Source of the DNA: a virus
Taxonomy: Duplodnaviria > Caudoviricetes
Length of the DNA stretch: 46,988 nucleotides
IMG/VR virus record: IMGVR_UViG_3300037313_001456
Coordinates: 1-46,988 of that record
Direction: 5' to 3' (one strand)
The position numbers were made by a program, and so were the translations under genes. The notes beneath the pieces are model-generated. The model did no database searches. It was given only the letters and a program-made list of their open reading frames with translations, and was not told where the DNA came from. Position 1 is the stretch's first letter; every line of letters begins with the position of its first letter. Below, piece by piece: positions 16,807-27,600 of this stretch.

Positions 16807-18051
16807 ATGTCTACTACTCGTACATTTCAAGCGATGCTTAACGAGTATTTGCCGAACGAACTCTTGAAAGAAGAGTTTATTCGTCGCGATTATCTCTTGA
16901 GCAAAATCGAAAAAGACGACACCTGGAAAGGTGGCAACTTGGTCGTTCCATTCAAAGCAGCTGGCGCAAGCTCCGTTGCTTATGGCGGACTTTCGGCCTC
17001 CAACGACATCGCGGAAGATAAATACGTTCGCGGTGGCGTGAGCGGTCATAAGGAAGTCTGGGGTTCGATGATTTTCAATCATCGCGACTTGATGGAACAC
17101 GACATGGTTTCTGAGCAGAACTTCTTGAAGATTCTGCCAGGCGCCGTCGAAGACTTCATGGACTACATGAAGAACGTTGTCTCTATCAACCTCTTGAATG
17201 GCGATCACTTCGCTACCTTGACGGCTGACGGCGACAACACGGGCGTGATCTATGTCGATCGTCCAGATCGCTTCGTCTTGAACCAAAAGGTTCTCGTGAA
17301 GGATGGAAACACCTCGTCTGCCACGGGCTACGTCTCTGCGATCGATATGAACGCAAAGACCGTAACCCTTGTGACGGCTCGCGGTGGCGCAACGCCGCTG
17401 GACTGCTCAGCCTACACGGTCGCGCAGACGGCTCGCTGCTACAACGACGGTGCGGACAACTCCTCGAACACCTTCACTTCGCTGAAGGCTTCGCTCTTGT
17501 CTGCTGCAAACGGAGGCTCTTCGTCTCTGTACGGCGTGAGCAAGCTCTCGGCCCCTTACCTCCAAGCGATCAACGTCTTGGGAAGCGACATTACTGCCGC
17601 GAACATCATGGAGAAGATCTTTGATGCTCTCGTCACGATGCGCCAGCTCGGTAAGGGCAATCCGAACGAAGTCGTCATGAGCTACAAGAATTTGGGCTCA
17701 TGCATGAAGGTGATCGAAGCTTCCAAGGGTGCTTACAACGTCACCCCAGGCAGCACGTCCGCCTCTCAGTACGGCTGGATGGAAATCGAAGTTGGCTCTG
17801 TCTCCAAGGGCTCTGTGAAGCTCGTGGGTGTTCAGGAAGCTGACGACGACGTCATCATGTTCGTTGATTTCCGTGCGCTTAAGTTCCACAGCAACGGCTT
17901 CTTCAAGAAGCGCGTTTCTCCAGACGGCAAGGAATACTACGAAATCCGCAACACCAGCGGCTATCAGTACATCCTCGACGTCTGCTTGTTCGGCGAGATG
18001 GTTGTGATTCGTCCGTCGTACTGCGGAATTCTGCACTCGATCAGCTACTAA
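16807..18051 (+). CDS. Major capsid protein
   Basis: 414 aa following the scaffold; size, position and composition fit an HK97 fold with an insertion domain; downstream hairpin. Confidence 0.85.
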   Translation: MSTTRTFQAMLNEYLPNELLKEEFIRRDYLLSKIEKDDTWKGGNLVVPFKAAGASSVAYGGLSASNDIAEDKYVRGGVSGHKEVWGSMIFNHRDLMEHDMVSEQNFLKILPGAVEDFMDYMKNVVSINLLNGDHFATLTADGDNTGVIYVDRPDRFVLNQKVLVKDGNTSSATGYVSAIDMNAKTVTLVTARGGATPLDCSAYTVAQTARCYNDGADNSSNTFTSLKASLLSAANGGSSSLYGVSKLSAPYLQAINVLGSDITAANIMEKIFDALVTMRQLGKGNPNEVVMSYKNLGSCMKVIEASKGAYNVTPGSTSASQYGWMEIEVGSVSKGSVKLVGVQEADDDVIMFVDFRALKFHSNGFFKKRVSPDGKEYYEIRNTSGYQYILDVCLFGEMVVIRPSYCGILHSISY

Positions 18052-18058
18052 TCGAATT

Positions 18059-18093
18059 CGGGGTCTGGGTGGGCTTACGCCTGCTCAGGCCCC
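18059..18093 (+). terminator. Strong hairpin after the capsid gene
   Basis: CGGGGTCTGGGTGGGC-TTAC-GCCTGCTCAGGCCCCG stem with G-U pairs. Confidence 0.55.
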
Positions 18094-18113
18094 GGTTCAC
18101 TTTCGGGGGAACC

Positions 18114-18647
18114 ATGAAACAACTTTTCTCTGTCTTGCTATTGGCGATGTTCGCCGCGCAAGCAAACGCCGCAACCCAAGCGGAAATCAATGCAGCGCAG
18201 TTCAACTTTAACCGTGGCTCTGCCGCGATGGCCAAACACCAGCTTGGAACGGTGGTGTTTAAGCAACGTGAAACGTCGATGAAATGCACCTACGATTTCT
18301 CTACTCAAGGTGGAGCGGTCGGGACGGTCAATCTGAAGGCGGAAGACGGCAAGAACTGCACGATTCCTAAGAAGGCGATTATCCGAGACACGCTGATCGA
18401 CGTCGTAACGGCTCCAACTTCGGGTGGATCTGCAACGATTGCAATCGGCTCGGGTGCATCTGCAACCGACCTCAAAGGCGCAACGGCCATCGCTTCTTAC
18501 ACGGGCCTTGTGGCGGGCATCCCCATCGGAAGTGCCGCGACTGCGATCAAGATGGCTGCGGATCAAAATCCGTACATCACGATCGCAACCGCCGCTCTCA
18601 CCGCCGGAAAGCTCAACGTCCACATCAAGTACCAGCTCAGTGAGTAA
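18114..18647 (+). CDS. Capsid decoration/spike-like beta protein with N-terminal signal peptide
   Basis: MKQLFSVLLLAMFAAQANA|AT; body IPKKAII...V.TA..SGGSATIAIG...LTAGK..VHIKY resembles post-capsid jelly-roll proteins. Confidence 0.7.
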   Translation: MKQLFSVLLLAMFAAQANAATQAEINAAQFNFNRGSAAMAKHQLGTVVFKQRETSMKCTYDFSTQGGAVGTVNLKAEDGKNCTIPKKAIIRDTLIDVVTAPTSGGSATIAIGSGASATDLKGATAIASYTGLVAGIPIGSAATAIKMAADQNPYITIATAALTAGKLNVHIKYQLSE

Positions 18648-18695
18648 CTCGGGTGGGGGCCTTGGCTCCCACTCCATTTCAATTCGAGGGTTCGC

Positions 18696-19160
18696 ATGGA
18701 ACGAAAACCCGCAGTCGTGATCAAAGTGGCTGTTCCAACTACGACCGGCGCTTATTCGAGCGGTCAGTGTGTGGGCGGACTTTTGACGATTCCCAATGCT
18801 GTCTTGGATTCTGGCGCTTCCGCGAAGGTCGTATCGGTCACAGTGATGGACAAAGCCAAGCAAAAGATCGCCGCAGATCTGTTCTTTCTGTCTGGAAGTC
18901 CAGGGACCGCTCCAACAGACAAAGCGGCGGCGGACATCGCGTCAGCCGATCGCGATCTGGCTCTAGGTTCAATCCAAATTCCCGCCGGAAACTATGCCGA
19001 CCTCGCCAATTGCGCTGTTGGAACTGCCATGCAGACCGGATTGCTCGTGAAGCCAAGCACGAAAAACACCAAAGACCTCTACGCATTTTTAGTCACACGA
19101 GGCACCCCGACCTACGGCGCAAACGGAATCACGCTTGAGATCGGGATCGAACAGAACTGA
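18696..19160 (+). CDS. Putative virion structural beta protein
   Basis: AYSSGQCVGG...LYAFLVTRGTPTY; lies in the structural module. Confidence 0.65.
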   Translation: MERKPAVVIKVAVPTTTGAYSSGQCVGGLLTIPNAVLDSGASAKVVSVTVMDKAKQKIAADLFFLSGSPGTAPTDKAAADIASADRDLALGSIQIPAGNYADLANCAVGTAMQTGLLVKPSTKNTKDLYAFLVTRGTPTYGANGITLEIGIEQN

Positions 19161-19169
19161 GGAGCCAGC

Positions 19170-19490
19170 ATGAATATTCATGTCAGAAAGCCAGTCGCAA
19201 AGCTCCTTCTCGATATGGGAGCGACGAACGTTACGACGGGCGCATGGACGCAAATTACGGCAGCAATTGGCGCTCCCGTGAGCTCGATACAGATCTTCAA
19301 TGGTTCTGGATCGGTGCTCAAAATCGCGACGGGCGGTGCGGGTAACGAGGTCGCCATGAACTTCTACATCATTCCCGGAACGGTGAGCCCAGTGATCCCA
19401 GTCGAAATCGCCAAGAACAGCCGCATCTCGGTTCAAGCCGCAGATGTGGACGCGGTCGATGGCTCACTGGTTCTGAACTGCTTCGGATGA
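19170..19490 (+). CDS. Putative virion structural beta protein
   Basis: 106-aa beta-rich protein; GAGGAG RBS. Confidence 0.7.
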   Translation: MNIHVRKPVAKLLLDMGATNVTTGAWTQITAAIGAPVSSIQIFNGSGSVLKIATGGAGNEVAMNFYIIPGTVSPVIPVEIAKNSRISVQAADVDAVDGSLVLNCFG

Positions 19491-19500
19491 GGAGAAAACG

Positions 19501-20736
19501 ATGAGAAAATTCTGGAAACTCAAATTAGCCATCCTCATCCACCTGACTTTTATAGCCGCTGCCCATGCGGATGGAGGAGTTTACCTCGGAAATTTAAAGC
19601 AGTTTGCAACAGGTACGGATCTCGGCGGCGGACATCGGGGACTTGACATCAGCGGCAGTATTACGGCCTCCAGCACTTCTACGGCTGCCACGGGTATCGC
19701 AGTTCCCGCAGATGCCACATATGTAGGTGGGAATAAGTCCGGAAACCTGACTGGTCTTTTGATTGGTCAACAGACGATGGCGAATTCGCTCGCGTGTGTC
19801 CTGCCATCAGACCAGAGCGCCATTCCTGTTACCGGTACATTCTGGCAAGCCACTCAGCCGGTCAGCATAGCTGCAACTGTCAATGTTGGTCAGGCCACGG
19901 GAACAAACCTTCATACGGTCGTTGACTCAGGCTCAGTCACCGTTAGCCAAGCCACGGGGACAAACCTACATTCCGTTATTGATTCTGGATCTGTGACAGC
20001 AACGATCTCCGGAACACCTACGGTCACAGCTAATCAAGGCGGAACCTGGACTGTCCAGCCTGGGAATACGGCGAATACCACAGCTTGGCTTGTTACGGGA
20101 ACTGGAGGGACATTTCCAGCGACCCAAAGCGGCACTTGGAACATCAATAACATTTCTGGAACGGTCTCACTTCCGACCGGCGCGGCGACAGCCGCGAAAC
20201 AACCTGCTCTTGGAACTGCTGGGTCCGCATCGACGGATGTAATCACAGTTCAGGGCATTGCATCCATGACGGCCCTTAAGGTCGATGGATCAGCGGTTAC
20301 TCAGCCCGTTTCTGGGACGGTAACAGCAAACCAGGGCGGCACTTGGAACATCAATAATATCTCTGGGACGGTTTCACTTCCGACCGGCGCGGCGACCGCT
20401 GCCAATCAAACAACCGCCAACACCTCGCTTTCCACGATCGCAACGAACTCGGCAAAACAGCCGATCAACACAACTGGATCTGGATCGGCAGCCGCTGCGA
20501 CGGTTTCAACGGTCATTACGCTGTCGGCTCCTGCCAACGCTGTAGGATTTGTCCTACAGAACCTTGACACCTCAACCGCCAATATCCGCTGGGCGGTCGG
20601 AAGAGCGGCGTCAGCAACGCTTGGCCAACAACTTCAACCAGGACGCGACACAGGCTTTATCCCAGTGGGCGCGAACGTATCGCTCGTCGCTGAATCAGGG
20701 ACTCAAAACTACGACATTCAATGGGTGTCTCAATGA
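19501..20736 (+). CDS. Fibre-like T/G/A/S-rich repeat protein with signal peptide
   Basis: MRKFWKLKLAILIHLTFIAAAHA|DG; repeats QATGTNLH..DSGSVT, ANQGGTW and GTWNINNISGTVSLPTGAATAA (twice). Confidence 0.75.
   Translation: MRKFWKLKLAILIHLTFIAAAHADGGVYLGNLKQFATGTDLGGGHRGLDISGSITASSTSTAATGIAVPADATYVGGNKSGNLTGLLIGQQTMANSLACVLPSDQSAIPVTGTFWQATQPVSIAATVNVGQATGTNLHTVVDSGSVTVSQATGTNLHSVIDSGSVTATISGTPTVTANQGGTWTVQPGNTANTTAWLVTGTGGTFPATQSGTWNINNISGTVSLPTGAATAAKQPALGTAGSASTDVITVQGIASMTALKVDGSAVTQPVSGTVTANQGGTWNINNISGTVSLPTGAATAANQTTANTSLSTIATNSAKQPINTTGSGSAAAATVSTVITLSAPANAVGFVLQNLDTSTANIRWAVGRAASATLGQQLQPGRDTGFIPVGANVSLVAESGTQNYDIQWVSQ
20131..20396 (+). repeat. 59-nt intragenic direct repeat (20131-20189 and 20338-20396)
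   Basis: The copies differ at 4 synonymous positions. Confidence 0.85.
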
Positions 20737-22760
20737 TGAATCAATTTCGGACACGGTGGTCTGATCTCAAAGCTTCAACAAGGAACGCAATTAAGATTGC
20801 TGGGACGGTCTTCCTCGTCGGATCAATCGGGGTGGCAGGACTGCCTCCGACGACCCTGAAGGGCCTGCTCGATACTGTCGCGACCACGACGTTAAACTTC
20901 GTCGTGCCCTTTAACCAAGCGACAAGAATCAACGCGACAACGGCCCTAATCGAAACCGGGAATGCCAACCTCCTGAAGGACCCAGGATTCGAATCCGGAA
21001 CGACGAACAACGTCACGATCTCAGGCGGTGCAACGGCTACAGTCAACACGACTGCAAAACTCACTGGCAACTATGGTCTCGACTGGGACTCAAACGCTGC
21101 TGGGCAGACCGCTACTGGCACGGCAATCACGATCCCAGAAGGACTCAAGGGCAAAAACGCTGTAGTTTCATGCAACATTAAGACCGTCTCAGGAACCGCA
21201 ACTCATACTCTCATGGCATATGACGGGACCAACGAGATCAACCCGAACACGATCGTAAGCATAGCCGGAACTTCCGTCAGGACTTCAGTAAACTTTACGG
21301 CTCCAAGCTCCGGAACAATTACTTGGCGAGCAAAGTCCGTCGCATCGAATGAACCCGAGATTTATGTGGATGATTGCATTCTTGAAGATGCAGCCTTCTT
21401 CAATCTTTCTCAGGTAAATCAGGCGCAGCTTCTGGGAACAGTAAAGGTAACCGGATGTTCAGCCGGATGGTCAATCTCTTCTCCAACGACTACGCCAGCA
21501 AATTTTGGAACGCAAACAGGATGTACTTACACCGTCACCGGATCATTGCAAGCTCCCGCGACGAATGTCCCAGGCTTCATCATCCCGTCCGGTGGGCCGG
21601 GCGCATACAAGATTGAGGCAATCGGTAGCTTCTGGAATAATGCGAGCGGCACTTCCGCTGCTGCACAATTCCGATTTTCCGATGGAACCAACTCTTCGAA
21701 CGATACAGCAGAAATTGCAGGAAATACAACTTCTGGAACTGCCGTTCCCGTTCTTACTGGAACGATTAACGAGACCACGTCGTTTTCTAATGCTACCTTT
21801 CAGATTCAGGGATCGGGATCAAGTACGTCTGCAGTGCCATACATTGAAGGACGGTCTACTCATCCCTTGGTGTTTAACGTTTTTTATATTCCCACCCAGT
21901 CCCAAACCGCCTACCGCCCCGACCAGACTCCTGCGAGCTGGAGCGGCTATCACGACTCAACGTGTTCATGGGGTCGGACGAATACAACGATCGGAGATCC
22001 GGCGACTGACGGTACCTGCACTTTAACAGAAGTCACCAACAGAAACTTCGGGACGGTAACAGGATCGAACTCGCTCCCATCTATTACGTTCACTCCCCCC
22101 CGAGCCGGAAGATATTTTGTCTGCGCGAACGCGCAGGTGAATAGCACCACTAATTTGGCGGCACTGGTCACCAGTCTGACTGATGGAACAACGGTGATCG
22201 CACACAATTCATCTCGTATCTACACAGACGGCACAAACGACTTTGTTACGCATCCATTGTGTGGTGTCTATAACGCCACATCGACGGCCTCAGTGACTTT
22301 GAAGATTCAAACAGCGGCCTCGTCAGGTACGGTTACCATTACTGCAGGTGGTGCGTCGCGTTCTGCTATCGAATGGTCCATATTCGAACTCGACGCCCCA
22401 ATGGCCGCACCTTATCTCACGGGCTCAGTCACGAGCAACACGAGTGGGCAGGAGCGGATAGAGAGAGCTACGGTTTCGAACTCATCCGGCACTTGCTCAA
22501 TTTCAAGTCAGTCTGGAAGCTGGGCTACGCTTAACAGCTCAACTGCTGCAAACGGCGGATGCACAATCAACATCGCAGCTGGAGAGTTTTCTGGAACGCC
22601 AGCATGCTTCTGTGGATTGAGCGCGGGAACCCAATCGACGAATAACGAAACTTGCTACATTACTTCCCAATCCTCATCGGCGGTCACATGGCGCGTATAC
22701 AACACATCGAACGCATCTCAAAACGAGTCGGTAAACGTGTTCTGCATGGGACCAAGGTGA
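20733..22760 (+). CDS. Tail fibre/receptor-binding protein with CBM-like and beta-sandwich domains, Cys-rich
   Basis: NLLKDPGFESG...IYVDD (CBM4/9-like); ITFTPPRAGRYFVCANAQ; 14 Cys by manual count; N-terminal hydrophobic signal-like segment. Confidence 0.75.
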   Translation: MMNQFRTRWSDLKASTRNAIKIAGTVFLVGSIGVAGLPPTTLKGLLDTVATTTLNFVVPFNQATRINATTALIETGNANLLKDPGFESGTTNNVTISGGATATVNTTAKLTGNYGLDWDSNAAGQTATGTAITIPEGLKGKNAVVSCNIKTVSGTATHTLMAYDGTNEINPNTIVSIAGTSVRTSVNFTAPSSGTITWRAKSVASNEPEIYVDDCILEDAAFFNLSQVNQAQLLGTVKVTGCSAGWSISSPTTTPANFGTQTGCTYTVTGSLQAPATNVPGFIIPSGGPGAYKIEAIGSFWNNASGTSAAAQFRFSDGTNSSNDTAEIAGNTTSGTAVPVLTGTINETTSFSNATFQIQGSGSSTSAVPYIEGRSTHPLVFNVFYIPTQSQTAYRPDQTPASWSGYHDSTCSWGRTNTTIGDPATDGTCTLTEVTNRNFGTVTGSNSLPSITFTPPRAGRYFVCANAQVNSTTNLAALVTSLTDGTTVIAHNSSRIYTDGTNDFVTHPLCGVYNATSTASVTLKIQTAASSGTVTITAGGASRSAIEWSIFELDAPMAAPYLTGSVTSNTSGQERIERATVSNSSGTCSISSQSGSWATLNSSTAANGGCTINIAAGEFSGTPACFCGLSAGTQSTNNETCYITSQSSSAVTWRVYNTSNASQNESVNVFCMGPR

Positions 22761-22786
22761 GCTGAAGGAAAGGATGAGGACCTGAC

Positions 22787-22984
22787 ATGAAAGTCGAGAA
22801 GATTCACATCACGATCGGTACTGCCTTGGCTGTCATGTCCTTTTCTGCCGGAAAGATTTGGGCGGTAAGCTCGTGGGCGACTTCGATCGACATGAGGTTA
22901 GCCAGAATCGAAGAAACGCTTCACATCAAGACGCCTGAGCGAACAGGCTCGTTCACGGTCCAAACCGCTGAAGCCGGAGAGTAA
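22787..22984 (+). CDS. Small membrane protein (holin-like candidate)
   Basis: One hydrophobic helix followed by IDMRLARIEE coiled coil; start of the lysis region. Confidence 0.5.
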   Translation: MKVEKIHITIGTALAVMSFSAGKIWAVSSWATSIDMRLARIEETLHIKTPERTGSFTVQTAEAGE

Positions 22985-23019
22985 CAAGTTTGACCGATCA
23001 TGGTCATAGATAAGGAGAA

Positions 23020-23286
23020 ATGAAAATGGAAAACCAAACTGTCCAATTAGTACAAGAAACTGTCGACCTTCCAAAGGAGTCCAAGGAGATCAAGGACTGC
23101 ATTGTGGAAGTGATCACCAAAATTAAAGCGGGCGCAAAACCTGCCGAGTTAGTCGTTGCTGAATTCGGAAAGCTTCAGCAAGCGATCGAAGGCTACACTG
23201 CTCTTCCTGCCGAACTCAAAGACAAGCATGAGTACGTCCTTGCAGGATTGATGGCAGGTCAGATCCTTGCCGCTCTCAAAGGCTAA
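23020..23286 (+). CDS. Hypothetical helical protein
   Basis: TAAGGAG RBS; 88 aa. Confidence 0.75.
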   Translation: MKMENQTVQLVQETVDLPKESKEIKDCIVEVITKIKAGAKPAELVVAEFGKLQQAIEGYTALPAELKDKHEYVLAGLMAGQILAALKG

Positions 23287-23339
23287 TAACAGTTCCAATT
23301 TTAACCTCAATTTAAACCACTAAAACAAGGAGACATAAA

Positions 23340-23660
23340 ATGGGTAAAACAGACGTTGTTATGGCGCAGAAGGCAGCTGTTCTCGCAGCTCAAGACGCAG
23401 CTCTCGAAGCAGGACTTGGCGCTTGCTACGATCAAGGGCTCGCCGACGCTGGTACAGTTCCAGCCGGCGGATTCACCCAAGCTGATATCGAAGCAGCGGT
23501 TACTGCGGCAAAGGCCGCAGACGCCGAGGCTATGCGTGCTGCAGTATCAGAAATCCAAACTCAGCTGGATACAATGACCGCTAAGGAGCAGATGGAAGAG
23601 CAAGCAGTTGCAGTTCTTCAGCAGAAGCTTGACGCGATCAAGGCTCTTCTTGCTGGATAA
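23340..23660 (+). CDS. Ala-rich coiled-coil hypothetical protein
   Basis: AAGGAG RBS; FTQADIEAAV motif. Confidence 0.75.
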   Translation: MGKTDVVMAQKAAVLAAQDAALEAGLGACYDQGLADAGTVPAGGFTQADIEAAVTAAKAADAEAMRAAVSEIQTQLDTMTAKEQMEEQAVAVLQQKLDAIKALLAG

Positions 23661-23662
23661 AT

Positions 23663-23806
23663 ATGACTGCGAATCAGCAATTCTGGATTGAGCTGCTGAA
23701 AGAGGGCAAGGGCTATATTCCCATGGTCCTTGCTCTTATCGCGGGATGGCACGCTCCGCAGCCAAGATGGATGAAAAAGAAGCCGGAGTCTAAGGAGGAA
23801 GGCTAA
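23663..23806 (+). CDS. 47-aa membrane peptide (holin/antiholin candidate; not in ORF track)
   Basis: MTANQQFWIELLKEGKGYIPMVLALIAGWHAPQPRWMKKKPESKEEG; TAATG-coupled to the next gene. Confidence 0.55.
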   Translation: MTANQQFWIELLKEGKGYIPMVLALIAGWHAPQPRWMKKKPESKEEG

Positions 23807-23967
23807 TGTGGGCCAAGTTATCGATGATCTTGGAGGTGATTAAGGGCTTTCTCTCGGCCTTAAGAGCCTACTTTCCTCCTAAGACCCCCGAAGAAAAATC
23901 AGAAGATGCGTCTAAGGCGGTGGATGATGCCATTGCAAAGGAACAAAAAACGGGACGGCCAGAATGA
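23806..23967 (+). CDS. 53-aa protein, i-spanin-like candidate (not in ORF track)
   Basis: MWAKLSMILEVIKGFLSALRAYF...; AAGGAGG RBS; ATGA overlap with the lipoprotein gene. Confidence 0.6.
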   Translation: MWAKLSMILEVIKGFLSALRAYFPPKTPEEKSEDASKAVDDAIAKEQKTGRPE

Positions 23968-24260
23968 GTTCAAAGATTGGCTTGTTGTTATTTTGTGGGT
24001 CATTGCTCTTTGCGTGCTCTGGCATGTCACTGAACGATGGCCATTACGTTCTTGATCCGCCGAATAAGAATCTTCGTGGAAAGACACCTAACGATGATTT
24101 GCCCGAAAATCACTGCGATCCAGTAAAGCAACCAGACGGGTCTATTAAGTACATGTGTGTCGTATTCTTCTATCCCGATTACGACAAGATCCTAAATAAG
24201 ATCGCAAAGCTTGAGGTTGACCTTAAGGCTTGCCAGCAACAGCTCGCGAGGACGCAATGA
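23964..24260 (+). CDS. Lipoprotein, o-spanin-like
   Basis: Lipobox LLFA-C; immediately upstream of the endolysin. Confidence 0.65.
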   Translation: MSSKIGLLLFCGSLLFACSGMSLNDGHYVLDPPNKNLRGKTPNDDLPENHCDPVKQPDGSIKYMCVVFFYPDYDKILNKIAKLEVDLKACQQQLARTQ

Positions 24261-24658
24261 AAACCTATCCAAAGGGCTCAAATGAACAGCTCTGCGCAGG
24301 ATTTAAAGCTTACGAGTTTGATTGCCCTTGCGATTACTGCAAAGAAACTCCGATCGATGATGAGCTCGTTTTGAGGCTACAGGAGCTTCGAGAGCTGTTG
24401 GGCTTTCCCATCAAGATCACCTCAGGCTACCGCTGCGAGCGCTACCAGAATGAGCTTAAAGCACGCGGGTATGAAACAGCCAAAGGCATCTCCCAACATC
24501 AACTTGGAAAGGCAGCTGACATCAAAACCGGCCATCATACCGGCAAGGAGCTTGAGGCTGCAGCAAGAAAAGTCGGATTTCTTGCAGTTGGAGTCGGAAA
24601 AGAATTCATTCATGTGGACCTGAGGCCCGAGCATCACAGCTGGGCATATAGCTATTGA
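24257..24658 (+). CDS. Endolysin, peptidase M15A family
   Basis: EFDCPC, ITSGYRC, SQHQLGKAADI, FIHVDLR. Confidence 0.92.
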   Translation: MKTYPKGSNEQLCAGFKAYEFDCPCDYCKETPIDDELVLRLQELRELLGFPIKITSGYRCERYQNELKARGYETAKGISQHQLGKAADIKTGHHTGKELEAAARKVGFLAVGVGKEFIHVDLRPEHHSWAYSY

Positions 24659-24666
24659 GGTGAAAC

Positions 24667-27600
24667 ATGGCACAAGATGCGCCTCCACTAGAAATTAAAG
24701 AATTCACCGGAGGACCGAATGATGACTATCTATCTGGCCTTCCAAACGAGTACCAGAAGGCAGAAAACGTTCTCTTAAACCGAGAAGGAAAGCCGTATTC
24801 CAGGCCAGGATCTGTCCTGCTCGATCTTGCCAATCCTCAGCTTCCATCGGGAAGTCACCGCGTAAATAAGCTTGTCAATTACGCCAAGGACCAAGCGCTC
24901 CTAGCTATATCTGGCGCCAAGGCTTACTCATGGGCCAACCCAGGTTGGACAGAGATCTCCTCACCTGCCGGATCGTCTCTGATGACCGGTACGGAGAATG
25001 GGAATATCAGCACGTCCGAATATAAAAAGCAGGTCTTTGTAGCATCCGACGAGCATCTGACTCCCGTTAAAATCTACAAGGACTCTGGAGGTACGTTCCG
25101 GTCGGTTAGCGCAGGCCTTCCGACTCCTGCAAACAATGCGAACTTCGTTGAAGCGACAGAGACTGCAAATGCAATTGCCTTAGCAAACGATATCCGCACG
25201 AAACTCCTTGCGCATTTTGCTGACGTCGCCATTCACACAGCTGCGGACACGGTGTCACAAGCTCTCATCACGTCATCAGCCGCTACTGACCTGGCAACTC
25301 TTTTGACTCTGACGGGCCAGCTCCTGATCGCGTATGACAGCCATTACAGGGATTCCGCTCCAATTCTTGCTGGCGCGACATCGGCTTCAGTTACCAAATA
25401 TCACGCGCCTTACATTTCAACCATTACCTCTGATGAGATCAATCCTAAGATTTTTCCATATAGCCCGGCCCTTACCACAAAAAATGCGCCGACCACGTTG
25501 CAAGAGGCCGCATCAAGGCTCAACGATTTAAGAAAGAATCTGAACTTCCATGACGGCGACGTCGATGTACATACATCGGGCGGTTCTGTTGGAGCTCATC
25601 TTGTTACCGCGTCCAGAATGCAGTCGCTGACATATGGCCCGTCGATCGTTCCCGACTATCAGCCTCTGTACGATCTTGCAAACCAGATCAAGCAGCAATA
25701 CTTGGCTCACCGTGCAAGCGGGATGACCTCGTACACAGGAATCACAAGAACAAACGGATCGCCTACCCTCACCGGATTTGGAAGTACTGCGGCTGTTAAT
25801 GTGGGCTACTACGTTTTCGGTACGGGACTTTCCTCTCCAGCAAAGGTCATTTCTAAAACTGGAACCACTGTCACGCTCGACACGAATCTTTCCTCTAGCG
25901 GAACTGGAACGTTTGGAATTGGCTCTGGATCAGAGGCTCATGCTTACCCCGATATCAACGCATCGACCAACGTAACATCGCCTAATGCCACATCGTTGGA
26001 CTCGCTAAGAACACTATTGCTCGATCTTCGTATTGCGTATGCGAGCCATGCAAACCAGAACTATGCCTCCGTGGAGCATTTCCAGAATACGTTTCCGAGC
26101 AACGAAGACCTTGCCGACGCGGTCTATCTTGCAGGAGCGCACGTTACAACCCCTATCTTACTACCTGACTTTTTCAGTGGTTTTAACAGCGACATGATCT
26201 CGGGAATGATAGCTGCCCTGAACGAGCTCAAGACCAAGTTTGACGCGCATGATGCTGACGTGACACTTCACTACGCCGATCCACTGATTACCAGCAAGCA
26301 AGCGTTTCAAGTGAGAGGCCCAAGCCTTTCGCTTTCAAGCTATAATTGGGCATTCATCTACTCTCATACCTATACAACAATCGATGGAATCACTTTCAAA
26401 ACTGTCAGTGCCCCGATTCTAAAAGCGGTTTCAGATGCGTCACTGACAAACACACCCGATGCCGATCAAGGAAAGATTCTATCGATCGGCCAAGCATATC
26501 CAACGATTACTGGCATTCCAGCTTTGGCTAATTCCGGAAGCACAAATTACGACGTCTCCAACATCAAAGTTGAAATTTACCGAACCACCGAGAACGGATC
26601 TACATATTATAAAACAGGAGAGGTAAATAACGGCGTCACTACATTCACTGATCGGACGATGGACTCAGATCTTGCTCAGCAAGAGGAACTTTATACCACT
26701 GGCGGCGTGGTGGATAGCGATCCTGCTCCGCCATCGAAATTTGTCCACGTCACTGGATCAAAGGGACTGTGGGCAAATACCATCGAAAATGGAATAGCTT
26801 ATCCACAGCGAATCCGTGAGTCTTTAGAAGGGGCAATTGATTCCTGTCCTGGCTCTGCTTTTATCGATCTACCGAATGAGTGCGTCGGAGTTTGTTCAAA
26901 CAACGGAGTGAGAATCGCATGGACGAAAACAGCGACCTATCGCATCGAGGGCACCTTCGATCTTCTAGGACGAGGCTCGATGAGTTATATCGAAATCTCG
27001 AACTCGGTAGGACTTTCTGGCCCATATAGCCCAGTTCAAACCGACAAAGGTGTTGTCTTCGCAGGTACCGATGGGTGGTATGTCACTGATGGTTACAAGG
27101 TTTCGCCCATTTCTAAAAAGTGGCTATCGTCCTATCTCAACTTAGTCTCTACATCGACCAAGGCGGCGCGACTGCAAGGTACGCTCGATTACAATACCAA
27201 TCGTGTATGGTGGGGTGCGACCGTATCAGGTATCGATAACGACGCGGCTTACATTTTGGACATGAATCATGGCCTAAAGGACAACGCCGTCTTCACCACA
27301 GTCAAAAACGGAACAAGCTTTGTCCCAACCTCGCTTGTATTCTTTAATGGGCAAATCATTCGAGGGGACTCTCGCGGGTATGTATTTAAGCATGACGCTC
27401 AGTATCTGACTGACCCGAAAGTTGACACTCTCGTCACACCGTCAAACTGGGTAGGGAAAACGATTATCTATGATCTCATTACTTCCGCATTTGACTGGGG
27501 AACTGTCAAATATAGGAAGTGGGTGAATCTCATCGTTGCCAAGTTTAAGAACCATGGGAACCTCTCGTGCCAAATTAACGGTATCAATGATGACGGAGCC

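Noticed and set aside
18138-18863. Long antisense ORFs over structural and vWA genes (also 16768-17286, 13491-14072, 38747-39358)
   Set aside because: These are shadows of well-supported genes on the opposite strand and carry no motifs.
20131-20396. DGR template/variable repeat in the fibre gene
   Set aside because: Both copies are in frame within one gene, the differences are synonymous and not adenine-specific, and no reverse transcriptase is present.
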